This document shows, piece after piece, positions 9,045 through 17,339 of a DNA stretch of 64,000 nucleotides. This DNA is from an uncultured Bacteroidales bacterium. GTDB lineage: Bacteria; Bacteroidota; Bacteroidia; Bacteroidales; UBA932. The stretch covers positions 1-64,000 of the forward strand of contig CAJODQ010000006.1 of NCBI GenBank assembly GCA_905233345.1, given 5' to 3'. A program made the translations under genes and the position numbers. The notes under the pieces were generated by a model. That model saw only the letters and a list, made by a program, of their open reading frames with translations, searched no databases and was not told where the DNA came from. Positions within the stretch are counted from its first letter, which is position 1. Each line of letters opens with the position of its first letter.

Positions 9045-10266
9045 TGCTGCCGGCAACAATGTTGGCGATGCGGGCGCGAAGCTTGCCGGTGCCGCCCGTA
9101 TCGGTGGGGTGAACGCGGTGGGCCAAGAGGATGACCGCGGTCTTGTTGTCGAGGTCCATGATGATGGAAGTGCCGGTGTAGCCCGTATGGCAGATGGTAC
9201 GCGTACGGCTGAAAAGGTCACCGCGCAGGCCGGCCGCATCGCTGCGGTTGTCCCAGCCCAGCGCCCGGCCGATCCAGGGATCGTTGTCGCTCGGCACCGT
9301 GGCCATGGTCTCGACGGTCAGCGGGCTGAGGATGCGCTTGCCGTTGACAGCGCCGCCGTTCATGATGGCCGCGCAGATCACGGACAGGTCTTCGCAGTTC
9401 GAGAACACGCCGGCATTGCCGGAATTGCCGCCATTGGCCAGGCGGGCCAGCGGGTCGTGCACCTCACCCAGCAGCGGCATGCCGTCCGGCTGCACTTCGG
9501 TCGGAGCCACGAGCGGCATCCATTCCGGGTGGCGCTCCTTGGGCATGTAGCCGGTGTGCTTGAGGCCCAGCGCGCCGAACACGTTCTTCTCGGCATAGTC
9601 GCAGAGCTTCTCGCCCGTGATGTTCTGCAGGATGTTCTGTACCGTCACGAAATTGAGGCAGCTGTACATGTAGTCGGTCTTGGGGCGGAAATTGCGCTTG
9701 ATCTCGTTGGCGATGTGCCAGATCAGCGAATCGGGGCTGTTGACGCCGAAGCGCGCCAGATAAGCATTGGTGGCGATATAGGGCGACAGGCCCGAGGTGT
9801 GGGTCATCACGTCCTGGACGGTGATGTCGACTTTCTTGCCGGTTTCGGGATCGACCCAGGGCTTGAAGCCCGGAATATACATGTCCACGTCGTCGGTCAG
9901 GCGCACATAGCCGTTTTCCACCAGCTGCATGAACGAAAGCGTCGTTCCCACGCATTTGCTCACGGAGGCCAGGTCGAAGATGGTCTCCGGGGTCATCGGG
10001 ATGGTGTCGGGCACCACCTGTTTGTTGCCGTAGGCCTTCAGGAAGACGATCTTGTCGCCGCGGACCACCGAGACCACGCAGCCCGGAATATTGCCCTCTT
10101 CGATGGCGCGGGCCACTTCACGGTCGATCTGGTTGAGTTTCGAGGAATTCATCCCCATCGATTCGGGGGTGGCATGTTTCAGGGCGCCTTCGGGAGCGGG
10201 CGCGCAGCAGGCCGCCACAAGGGCGACAGTTGCGATAAAAGAAAATAGCTGTTTCATAGCTGGCAA
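9025..10266 (-). CDS. serine hydrolase, beta-lactamase/esterase family (lipoprotein)
   Basis: 413 aa with signal peptide and Cys (VALVAACCAP). Active-site S-x-x-K motif in FDLASVSKCVGT. Class C beta-lactamase / PBP4-like fold. Confidence 0.85.
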   Translation of the reverse strand: MPAMKQLFSFIATVALVAACCAPAPEGALKHATPESMGMNSSKLNQIDREVARAIEEGNIPGCVVSVVRGDKIVFLKAYGNKQVVPDTIPMTPETIFDLASVSKCVGTTLSFMQLVENGYVRLTDDVDMYIPGFKPWVDPETGKKVDITVQDVMTHTSGLSPYIATNAYLARFGVNSPDSLIWHIANEIKRNFRPKTDYMYSCLNFVTVQNILQNITGEKLCDYAEKNVFGALGLKHTGYMPKERHPEWMPLVAPTEVQPDGMPLLGEVHDPLARLANGGNSGNAGVFSNCEDLSVICAAIMNGGAVNGKRILSPLTVETMATVPSDNDPWIGRALGWDNRSDAAGLRGDLFSRTRTICHTGYTGTSIIMDLDNKTAVILLAHRVHPTDTGGTGKLRARIANIVAGSIEDLEK

Positions 10267-10326
10267 TCGTTTTCTCGATGATCATGCAAAGTTAAAAAAT
10301 CGCTTATTAATTTGAGAACATTTTGT

Positions 10327-10339
10327 ATATTTGTAGGGT
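10327..10339 (+). promoter_or_regulatory. putative promoter -7 element (TATATTTG) for the yegP-like gene
   Basis: ttttgTATATTTGtagg lies ~30 nt upstream of the ATG at 10368 and matches the Bacteroidetes TAnnTTTG -7 consensus. Confidence 0.4.
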
Positions 10340-10367
10340 ATATACAATTTATTCAAATTCTAACGCT

Positions 10368-10697
10368 ATGGCAAAATTTGAGATCACGACGAGAAAGAAC
10401 GGTGAATTCCAGTTCAATCTCAAAGCTTCGAACGGCGAAGTCATCCTCACCAGCGAAGGTTACACCACCAAAGCCGCCTGCCTCAACGGCGCCGAGTCTG
10501 TCAAGAAAAACGCAGTCGACGAAAAACGTTTCGAGAAGATGGTTGCCAAGAACGGCAAACCGTATTTCACGCTGAAGGCTACGAACGGCCAGGTCATCGG
10601 CCAGAGCCAGATGTATGCTTCCGAGCGCAACCGTGACAACGGCATTGCTTCCGTGATGAAGAATGCCCCCGTCGCTGAAATCGTTGAGATGATCTAA
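10368..10697 (+). CDS. YegP/DUF1508 (UPF0339) family protein
   Basis: Two tandem ~50-aa repeats: KFEITTRKNGEFQFNLKASNGEVILTSEGYTTKAACLNGAESV and KPYFTLKATNGQVIGQSQMYASERNRDNGIASV. The track ORF begins at a TTG at 10323; I chose the internal ATG (MAKFEI). Confidence 0.8.
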   Translation: MAKFEITTRKNGEFQFNLKASNGEVILTSEGYTTKAACLNGAESVKKNAVDEKRFEKMVAKNGKPYFTLKATNGQVIGQSQMYASERNRDNGIASVMKNAPVAEIVEMI

Positions 10698-10715
10698 TCC
10701 GCCCGACGGATACGA

Positions 10716-10755
10716 TCAGGCCGGCCTCTTGCGGGGCCGGCCTTCTTTTTGTCGC
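10716..10755 (+). terminator. Rho-independent (possibly bidirectional) terminator between the convergent yegP-like and XRE genes
   Basis: aGGCCGGCCtcttgcgGGGCCGGCCttctttttg: GC-rich hairpin followed by a T-run. Confidence 0.6.
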
Positions 10756-10769
10756 CGTTGCAGCGGTGG

Positions 10770-10976
10770 TCAGTCGGAACGATACTCCAGCAAGTCCCCC
10801 GGCTGGCAGTCCAACGCCTTGCAGATGGCTTCCAGTGTCGTGAAGCGCACCGCTTTGGCCTTGCCAGTCTTGAGGATCGAGAGGTTGGCCGCAGAGATGC
10901 CGATCCGCTGGGCAAGCTCACCGGACGACATCTTTCTGCGGGCCAGCATCACGTCGATGTTGATGATGATCGGCAT
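10770..10976 (-). CDS. XRE-family helix-turn-helix transcriptional regulator (small Cro/CI-type)
   Basis: 68 aa. LARRKMSSGELAQRIGISAANLSILKTGKAKAVRFTTLEAICKALDCQPGDLL is a canonical HTH_XRE. Confidence 0.85.
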   Translation of the reverse strand: MPIIINIDVMLARRKMSSGELAQRIGISAANLSILKTGKAKAVRFTTLEAICKALDCQPGDLLEYRSD

Positions 10977-10979
10977 ACG

Positions 10980-12404
10980 CTACGCTTCTTCCTTGATTTC
11001 TTCCACTTCCTTCGCCGCGGCGGACTTTCCCTTCAGGTAGCCGGGCAGTTCCATGCCGGCGAGTTTGAAGAGGTCTTCCAACGGGGGAACCGATTTCATC
11101 AGGCCTGAGATGAAGTTGGACGTGGCCGTCTTGCCGTCGGCACCGCCGCCACCGTTGTCCCACACCGTCACCTTGTCGATGTTGATGCCCTTCACGGCCT
11201 CGACCTGCGTCTTGACGAGTTCGGGGAGCTTGTCGGTGATGAGCATCGTGATGGCCTGCTGGGCGTCGCCTCCAGCGGCGGAAACCAGCTGTCCAAAACC
11301 CTCTGCCTGCTTGGAGAGGATCTCCAGGGTACCGCGGGCCTGGGCGTCCATCTTGGCGAAGATGGCGTCGGCCTCACCTTTCGCCTTGCGGCGGATCTGC
11401 TCGGCTTCGGCTTCCGCGTCGATGATGGCTTTTTCTTTCTCGATCTGGGCGGCGACCACGATGTTGGCCTGCTGCGTCGCTTTCTCACGCTCGGCACGGG
11501 CCAGCTCGGCGTCGCGCTCGCTCTTGTAGGCCTCTTCGAGGGCCTTGGCGGCCTGCACTTTCTCAGCGGCCACGGCGATGCGGGAAGCTTCTGCCTCTTT
11601 CTCACGACGGGCTGCATCAGACTGGGCAATGGCAATCTTCGAACTGTTTTCACCCTCAACGGCCTTCGCGTTGGCGTCGGCGGTCCGGATACGGGTGTCA
11701 CGCGTGGTCTCGGCGATACGGATGTCCTTGTCCCGGTCGGCCTCGGCCTTACCGATTTCACCGAAACGGTTCTGCTCGGCCACGCTCTTCTTTGCTTCGT
11801 TGATGGCCTTCGCAGCGGCTTCCTTACCGAGGGCTTCGATATAGCCCGATTCGTCGCGGATATCCGTCACGTTCACGTTGATGAGTTTCAGGCCGATCTT
11901 GCGAAGCTCGGCTTCCACATTGGTGGAGACGTTCGCCAGGAACTTGTCGCGGTCGGCGTTGATCTCCTCGATGTCCATCGTCGCGATCACCAGACGCAGC
12001 TGGCCGAAGAGGATATCGGTGGCGATGTTCTGGATCTGGTCGGTAGACAGGCCAAGCAGACGCTCGGCGGCATTGGTCATGTTGTCGGGCTCGGTGGAGA
12101 TACCCACGGTGAAGCGGCACGGCACGTCGACGCGGATGTTCTGCTTCGACAGGGCGTTCGTCAGGTTGCACTCGATCGAGATCGGGGTCAGGTCGAGGAA
12201 CGCATAGCTTTGGAAAACAGGCCAGATGAAAGAAGCACCGCCGTGGATGCAGCGGGCCGACGAGATACCGCCTTCCTTGTTCTTGCCGGTCTTACCATAG
12301 ATAACCAGGATCTTGTCGGAGGGGCAGCGTTTGTAGCGCCGCAGGATGGCGGTGAAGGTCACGAAGACGACCGCCACGAGGATCAGGATCAGATAGAGTT
12401 CCAT
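10980..12404 (-). CDS. flotillin / SPFH (band 7) domain protein (YqiK-like)
   Basis: 474 aa. N-terminal TM helix, SPFH domain, then a long Ala/Glu-rich coiled coil (EAEASRIAVAAEKVQAAKALEEAYKSERDAELARAEREKA...). Confidence 0.85.
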   Translation of the reverse strand: MELYLILILVAVVFVTFTAILRRYKRCPSDKILVIYGKTGKNKEGGISSARCIHGGASFIWPVFQSYAFLDLTPISIECNLTNALSKQNIRVDVPCRFTVGISTEPDNMTNAAERLLGLSTDQIQNIATDILFGQLRLVIATMDIEEINADRDKFLANVSTNVEAELRKIGLKLINVNVTDIRDESGYIEALGKEAAAKAINEAKKSVAEQNRFGEIGKAEADRDKDIRIAETTRDTRIRTADANAKAVEGENSSKIAIAQSDAARREKEAEASRIAVAAEKVQAAKALEEAYKSERDAELARAEREKATQQANIVVAAQIEKEKAIIDAEAEAEQIRRKAKGEADAIFAKMDAQARGTLEILSKQAEGFGQLVSAAGGDAQQAITMLITDKLPELVKTQVEAVKGINIDKVTVWDNGGGGADGKTATSNFISGLMKSVPPLEDLFKLAGMELPGYLKGKSAAAKEVEEIKEEA

Positions 12405-12422
12405 ATTCTTCTCAACAGGTAT

Positions 12423-13034
12423 TTAAATGATTAATGATTCAAGGGGTTCGACAAGCACCGTGTCGGGGCCGATGACTTCGACCACACGGATCGGGGTGTT
12501 CGTCTTGAGGGTGTCACCGTCGGTGACGGCCCGGTATTCGCGCACGGCTTTGTTGATGGAGATCTGGACCTTGCCTTCTCCCTGCCGTTCGCCGGGAATC
12601 GTCAGATAGACGTTGCCGTTGCAGCCCACGGCCGACTTGTAGATGTCGATGTTGCCGGACTGCTGCATGCTGCTCAGCCATTTGAAGAGGTACATCACCA
12701 CGACCACCAGGGCCACGCCGATCAGCGCCGAGACGATCAGCAGCAGCGGAATCGAGTGAATCTTTTCCTGCAGCAGGATGGCCGACCAGCCGAAGCCGAG
12801 GATGAAGTTGACGAAATTGCGGAAGGTCAGCAGATTGGTTCCGCCTTCTACGGTAGCATCGGCTTCTTCGGAATCGAAGCCGGTGTCAACGTCGGTGTCG
12901 ATGCCGCCTTCGCCGGCGTCAGCGCCGATGAAGGTCAGGATGCTTTGGATCAGGAAGATCAGGGAAGCGGTCAGCGTGACGCCCCAGAGAATCTTCATGG
13001 CCACGGAAAGGGATGCCCACCAGGTTGTAATCAT
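12423..13034 (-). CDS. NfeD-like membrane protein (YqiJ-like flotillin partner)
   Basis: TM helices plus a C-terminal OB-fold region (GEGKVQISINKAVREYRAVTDGDTLKTNTPIRVVEVIGPDTVLVEP). Start re-placed at the internal ATG (MITTWW). Lies immediately upstream of flotillin. Confidence 0.8.
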   Translation of the reverse strand: MITTWWASLSVAMKILWGVTLTASLIFLIQSILTFIGADAGEGGIDTDVDTGFDSEEADATVEGGTNLLTFRNFVNFILGFGWSAILLQEKIHSIPLLLIVSALIGVALVVVVMYLFKWLSSMQQSGNIDIYKSAVGCNGNVYLTIPGERQGEGKVQISINKAVREYRAVTDGDTLKTNTPIRVVEVIGPDTVLVEPLESLII

Positions 13035-13140
13035 GTCTGAAAGGATTAATTTTCTGCAAATATACAAAAATTTATCGAAAAACAATAAAAAATTTAAAGA
13101 TTTTCTCGTATCCACAGGTGACTTGGGGGATTTTCCTTTT

Positions 13141-13150
13141 TTTTATATCT
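13141..13150 (+). promoter_or_regulatory. putative -7 promoter element (TATATCTTTG) for the heptose operon
   Basis: ttTATATCTTTGtaagatatattgaaccATG; a TAnnTTTG ~20 nt upstream of the hddA start. A divergent TATATTTG on the other strand lies ~22 nt upstream of the NfeD start. Confidence 0.4.
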
Positions 13151-13169
13151 TTGTAAGATATATTGAACC

Positions 13170-14216
13170 ATGGATACATCTGTCTATTATCGAAGCAAAG
13201 CGCCTTTCCGCCTGGGTATCGCCGGTGGCGGCACCGACGTGTCTCCCTATGCCGACCTGTACGGGGGCGCCGTGCTCAACGTGACCATCGACCGTTTCGC
13301 CTACGCCACGATTATCCCCACCGACAACGGCAAAATCCGCTTCGTCCACGTCAACGACAAAATCGTGCAGGAATACGACGCGGCTCCCTTCATCGAGCCG
13401 GCAGGGCCGCTGGTCCTGCAATGCGGCATCTACAACCGAATTGTCCGACAGTTCAACGACGGAAAACCGCTCTCATTCGAGCTTACCACCCAAATGGACG
13501 TTCCCTCCGGTTCCGGCCTGGGCACTTCCTCCACCCTGGTGGTCGCCATCCTCGGCGCTTTTGTGGAATGGCTCAACCTTCCGCTGGGCAAATACGATAT
13601 CGCGCGGCTGGCCTATGAGATCGAGCGCATCGACCTGGGACTGGCCGGTGGCCGTCAGGACCAGTATGCCGCCACTTTCGGCGGGGTCAACTTCATGGAG
13701 TTCCTGAGCGACGACCGCGTGATCGTCAATCCGCTGAGCATCCCCGACAACATCCTCAACGAATGGGCGCTCAACACCGTGCTGCTCTACACCAACAAGC
13801 GCCGTGAATCGGCCCGCATCATCGAAGAGCAGATGGCCAACGTCAAAAAGAAGAACAACGACTCCGTGGAGGCCATGCACCGGGTGAAGGAAGAGGCGTT
13901 CCGCATGAAGAAAAGCCTGCTCCAGAACAACCTCGGAGACCTGGGTCCCGCCCTCAACACGAGCTGGGTCAATAAGAAGAAGATGGCCGGCGGCATTTCC
14001 AACCCGTACATCGACCAACTCTACGAGACTGCCATCCATGCCGGAGCGACGGGCGGCAAGATCTCGGGCGCCGGTGGCGGCGGCTTTATGTTTTTCTATT
14101 GTCCGGGCAACACCCGGTACGCCGTGGAAGAGGCGCTCCTGGCGCTGCAGGTCGGCGAAGTATATGATTTTGAATTCAGCCAGGGAGGCTTGACAACATG
14201 GACCGTAAACAAGTAA
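13170..14216 (+). CDS. hddA: D-glycero-alpha-D-manno-heptose 7-phosphate kinase (GHMP kinase)
   Basis: 348 aa. GHMP ATP-binding motif PSGSGLGTSSTLVVAILGA, and C-terminal GGKISGAGGGGFMFFY. Co-located with gmhA and hddC/gmhB. Confidence 0.8.
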   Translation: MDTSVYYRSKAPFRLGIAGGGTDVSPYADLYGGAVLNVTIDRFAYATIIPTDNGKIRFVHVNDKIVQEYDAAPFIEPAGPLVLQCGIYNRIVRQFNDGKPLSFELTTQMDVPSGSGLGTSSTLVVAILGAFVEWLNLPLGKYDIARLAYEIERIDLGLAGGRQDQYAATFGGVNFMEFLSDDRVIVNPLSIPDNILNEWALNTVLLYTNKRRESARIIEEQMANVKKKNNDSVEAMHRVKEEAFRMKKSLLQNNLGDLGPALNTSWVNKKKMAGGISNPYIDQLYETAIHAGATGGKISGAGGGGFMFFYCPGNTRYAVEEALLALQVGEVYDFEFSQGGLTTWTVNK

Positions 14217-14788
14217 TTTCTTCCCGCCTGCGGGCGCACATCGATACCCTTTCCCTGCTGGAGCAGGATGAAATCCTCAAAGCAGCCGTAGCCACGGCCG
14301 TCGAAAAGATCGTCGCCTGTTTCCGCAGCGGTGGCCGTGTGTATTTCTGCGGCAACGGCGGCAGCGCCGCCGACGCCCAGCACCTGGCCGCCGAGTTTTC
14401 CGGCCGCTTCTATTTCGACCGCCCCGTGCTCCCCGCCGATGCCCTGCATTGCAACAGCTCCTACCTGACCGCCGTCGCCAACGACTACGGTTATGAAAAA
14501 GTGTTCGCCCGGCTCATCTCGGGCCTGGGCCGCAAAGGCGACATCCTGGTGGGCATTTCCACCTCGGGTAACTCGAAAAACATCCTCCAGGCCTTTGACG
14601 TCTGCAAGGAACAAGGTCTCTATTCCATTGCCCTGACCGGCGCATCCGGCGGCAAGATGCGCGACGCAGCCGACCTGCTGATCAACGTCCCGTCGAACGA
14701 CACGCCCCGTATCCAGGAGGCACACATCACGGTGGGCCACATCATCTGCGAACTGGTCGAAAAGGATATTTTCGGAGAAAAGCAATAA
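14198..14788 (+). CDS. gmhA: phosphoheptose isomerase (SIS domain)
   Basis: 196 aa. GRVYFCGNGGSAADAQHLAAEF ... ISTSGNSKNI are SIS-domain and GmhA signatures. Overlaps the hddA stop (ATG...TAA). Confidence 0.85.
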   Translation: MDRKQVISSRLRAHIDTLSLLEQDEILKAAVATAVEKIVACFRSGGRVYFCGNGGSAADAQHLAAEFSGRFYFDRPVLPADALHCNSSYLTAVANDYGYEKVFARLISGLGRKGDILVGISTSGNSKNILQAFDVCKEQGLYSIALTGASGGKMRDAADLLINVPSNDTPRIQEAHITVGHIICELVEKDIFGEKQ

Positions 14789-15984
14789 TGGAAGCGATCG
14801 TCCTGGCCGGCGGAATGGGAACGCGGCTGCGCAGCGCCGTCCCCGACTTGCCCAAGTGCATGGCACCCGTGGCCGGACGTCCTTTCCTGGCCTGGCTGCT
14901 CGACGACCTCGAAGCGGCGGGCTTCAACCATATTATCCTTTCGCTGGGCTATCGGCACGAGGCCATTGAAGACTGGGTGGCAGCCCGGAAGAACCGGGCG
15001 CGCATCAGCTGCGTCGTGGAAGCCGAGCCCCTGGGAACGGGCGGCGGCGTGCGGCTGGCCCTTCAGAAGGCCGAAGCGCACGATGTTTTCGTGCTGAACG
15101 GCGACACCTGGTTCGGCATGGACTATGCCGCCATGGCGCGTTTCCACCAGCAACAAGGTCTGCCGGCCACGCTCGCCCTCAAGCCCCTGCGTGATTTCGA
15201 CCGCTACGGGGAAGTCTGCTGCACGGCGGAGGGACGCATCACTGCCTTCCGGGAAAAACAGCCCTGTGCGCAGGGCCTGATCAACGGCGGCGTCTACCTG
15301 CTGCAACGCGACGCCCTGGCAGGCTGCCCGGAGCGCTTCTCCCTGGAGCGCGACTTCTTCGAGCCGCTGGCCGCCCGGCAGCAGCTCGCGGGCTTCCGTT
15401 CGGAGGGCTATTTCATCGATATCGGCATCCCCAGTGACTATGCCCGGGCCCAGCGGGACTTCGCTTCCGGCGCGTTCCACCCCTATCCCTACGACGCCCT
15501 GCTGCTCGACCGCGACGGTGTGATCAACGTGCTCCGTCCTGCCGATTATGTGAAGAATATCGGGGAATTCGTGTTCTGCGAAGGGGCGCTCGAAGCCCTG
15601 CGGCTCGTCAATCCCCTGTTCCGGCGCATCGTCATCGTCACCAACCAGCGCGGCGTGGGCCGAGACCTGATGACGGAAGCCGACCTGGAAGAAGTCCACG
15701 CCTGGATGCTGGACCGCATTCGCGAAGCCGGCGGCCGTATCGACAAGATCTACATCTGCACCGACAACGACAACAGCAGCCCGCGCCGCAAGCCCAACAT
15801 CGGCATGGCGCTGGAAGTGCGCGCCGACTATCCCGACGTCGACTTCGACCGCAGCTGGTTCGTGGGTGACAGCGTCTCCGACCTCGAATTCGCCCGCCGC
15901 GCGGGCATTCCGGCCTTCCGCGTCGAAGGAAAGCAGGACCTGCTGGCCTTCGCCCGCCAAACCCTTTCATCCGTCCAATCATGA
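14788..15984 (+). CDS. hddC/gmhB: bifunctional D-glycero-alpha-D-manno-heptose 1-phosphate guanylyltransferase / D,D-heptose 1,7-bisphosphate phosphatase (HddC-GmhB fusion)
   Basis: N-terminus MEAIVLAGGMGTRLRSAVPDLPKCMAPVAGRPFL is a nucleotidyltransferase G-x-G-T-R motif. C-terminus LLLDRDGVINV...VIVTNQRGVGR...FVGDSVSDLEFARRAG carries HAD motifs I-III of GmhB. Confidence 0.8.
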   Translation: MEAIVLAGGMGTRLRSAVPDLPKCMAPVAGRPFLAWLLDDLEAAGFNHIILSLGYRHEAIEDWVAARKNRARISCVVEAEPLGTGGGVRLALQKAEAHDVFVLNGDTWFGMDYAAMARFHQQQGLPATLALKPLRDFDRYGEVCCTAEGRITAFREKQPCAQGLINGGVYLLQRDALAGCPERFSLERDFFEPLAARQQLAGFRSEGYFIDIGIPSDYARAQRDFASGAFHPYPYDALLLDRDGVINVLRPADYVKNIGEFVFCEGALEALRLVNPLFRRIVIVTNQRGVGRDLMTEADLEEVHAWMLDRIREAGGRIDKIYICTDNDNSSPRRKPNIGMALEVRADYPDVDFDRSWFVGDSVSDLEFARRAGIPAFRVEGKQDLLAFARQTLSSVQS

Positions 15985-17111
15985 GAATCGCATACCTTTC
16001 CACTTTCTACCCGTTCCGCGGGGGCATCGCCCAGTTCAACGCCAATCTCCTGGAAGAACTGGGTCGCGAACACACCGTCAAGGCCTTCACCTTCACCCGG
16101 CAGTATCCCAACTTCCTGTTCCCCGGCAAGACCCAGTACGTCACGCCGGAAGACAAGGCCAAACCCGTCGACAGCGAAGCCGTGCTCGACACGGCCAACC
16201 CGTTCAACTGGTGCGCCGCCGCCCGCAAGATCGCCGCTTGGAAACCCGACCTGGTGGTCGTGAAGTACTGGATGAGCTACCTGGCGCCTTCACTGGGCAT
16301 GGTGGCGCGCCGCCTGCGCAAACGCGGCATCCCGACCATCGCCATCCTCGACAATGTGATTCCCCACGAAGCCAAGTTCTTCGACAAGCCTTTCTCGCGC
16401 TGGTTCCTGAAGCAGTGCGGCGGCTGCGTCGCCATGAGCCAGTCGGTGCTGCGCGACATGCAGTCCCTGACGCCCGACAAGCCCTACGTGCTGCAGGCCC
16501 ATCCGCTCTACGACCACTTCGGCCAGAAGATGGACCAGCTGACCGCCCGGAAGGAACTCGGGCTCGATCCGAAGCTCCGCACCCTGCTGTTCTTCGGCCT
16601 GATCCGTGACTACAAGGGCCTGGACCTGCTGATCGACGCCATGCCCCTGCTGGGACCGGACTACCAGCTGGTGATTGCCGGCGAGAGCTATGGCAGTTTC
16701 GAGAAATACGACACCCAGATTGCCGCGTCCGGCTGCGCCGACCGCATCCATGTCTTCAACCGCTACATCGACGACGAGGAAGTGCCCCGCTTTTTCTCCG
16801 CGGCCGACCTTTGCGTGCTGCCCTACAAGAGTGCGACCCAGAGCGGCATCACGGCCATCGCCCTGCACTTCGACGTGCCGCTGGTGGCCACGCCCGTGGG
16901 CGGCCTGGCCGAGAGCGTCGGAGAGCCCGGCCTGGGGGTGATGGCCACCGAGGCCTCAGCCGAAGCCATCGCCGAAGCCATCCGTCATTACTTCGACGGC
17001 AGCCCCGAGGCCTTCGTCACCAACATCCGGGAAGTCAAGCGTACCCAGACCTGGGCTGCTTTCGCCGACGCCGTGCTGCGCGCCGCGCAAATGGCCGGAT
17101 CGACCCGTTGA
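15981..17111 (+). CDS. glycosyltransferase family 4 (GT-B, retaining)
   Basis: 376 aa. The C-terminal half has the GT4 E-x7-E-like region (...LVATPVGGLAESVGEPGLGVMA...). Overlaps the hddC/gmhB stop, so it is probably in the same operon. Confidence 0.8.
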   Translation: MRIAYLSTFYPFRGGIAQFNANLLEELGREHTVKAFTFTRQYPNFLFPGKTQYVTPEDKAKPVDSEAVLDTANPFNWCAAARKIAAWKPDLVVVKYWMSYLAPSLGMVARRLRKRGIPTIAILDNVIPHEAKFFDKPFSRWFLKQCGGCVAMSQSVLRDMQSLTPDKPYVLQAHPLYDHFGQKMDQLTARKELGLDPKLRTLLFFGLIRDYKGLDLLIDAMPLLGPDYQLVIAGESYGSFEKYDTQIAASGCADRIHVFNRYIDDEEVPRFFSAADLCVLPYKSATQSGITAIALHFDVPLVATPVGGLAESVGEPGLGVMATEASAEAIAEAIRHYFDGSPEAFVTNIREVKRTQTWAAFADAVLRAAQMAGSTR

Positions 17112-17140
17112 CTTTTCTGGCTAATTTTCAGAAAAACTGC

Positions 17141-17148
17141 GTATATTT
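17141..17148 (+). promoter_or_regulatory. putative -7 promoter element (TATATTTG) driving the B12 riboswitch/locus
   Basis: gcgTATATTTGtatcgcatcagg lies immediately upstream of the riboswitch. Confidence 0.4.
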
Positions 17149-17154
17149 GTATCG

Positions 17155-17300
17155 CATCAGGTTAAGGGAACCGGGTGAAAATCCCGGACAGTTCCCGCTG
17201 CTGTGAGTTCCAAAGCGTCACGGTATTCTCCGCCACTGGGCGTTGCCTGGGAAGGCGCCGCGTACGGAACGAGTCAGAAGACCTGCCTGCTGCCTTTGTA
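17155..17300 (+). promoter_or_regulatory. Cobalamin (AdoCbl) riboswitch
   Basis: AGGGAACCGGGTGAAAATCCCGGACAGTTCCCGCTGCTGTGAG ... CGCCACTGGGCG ... GGGAAGGCGC ... and the B12 box GAGTCAGAAGACCTGCCTGCTG. It precedes the btu locus. Confidence 0.85.
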
Positions 17301-17339
17301 AATTATGGACCTGCGGCGAATGGGTCGTGATTGACTTTT

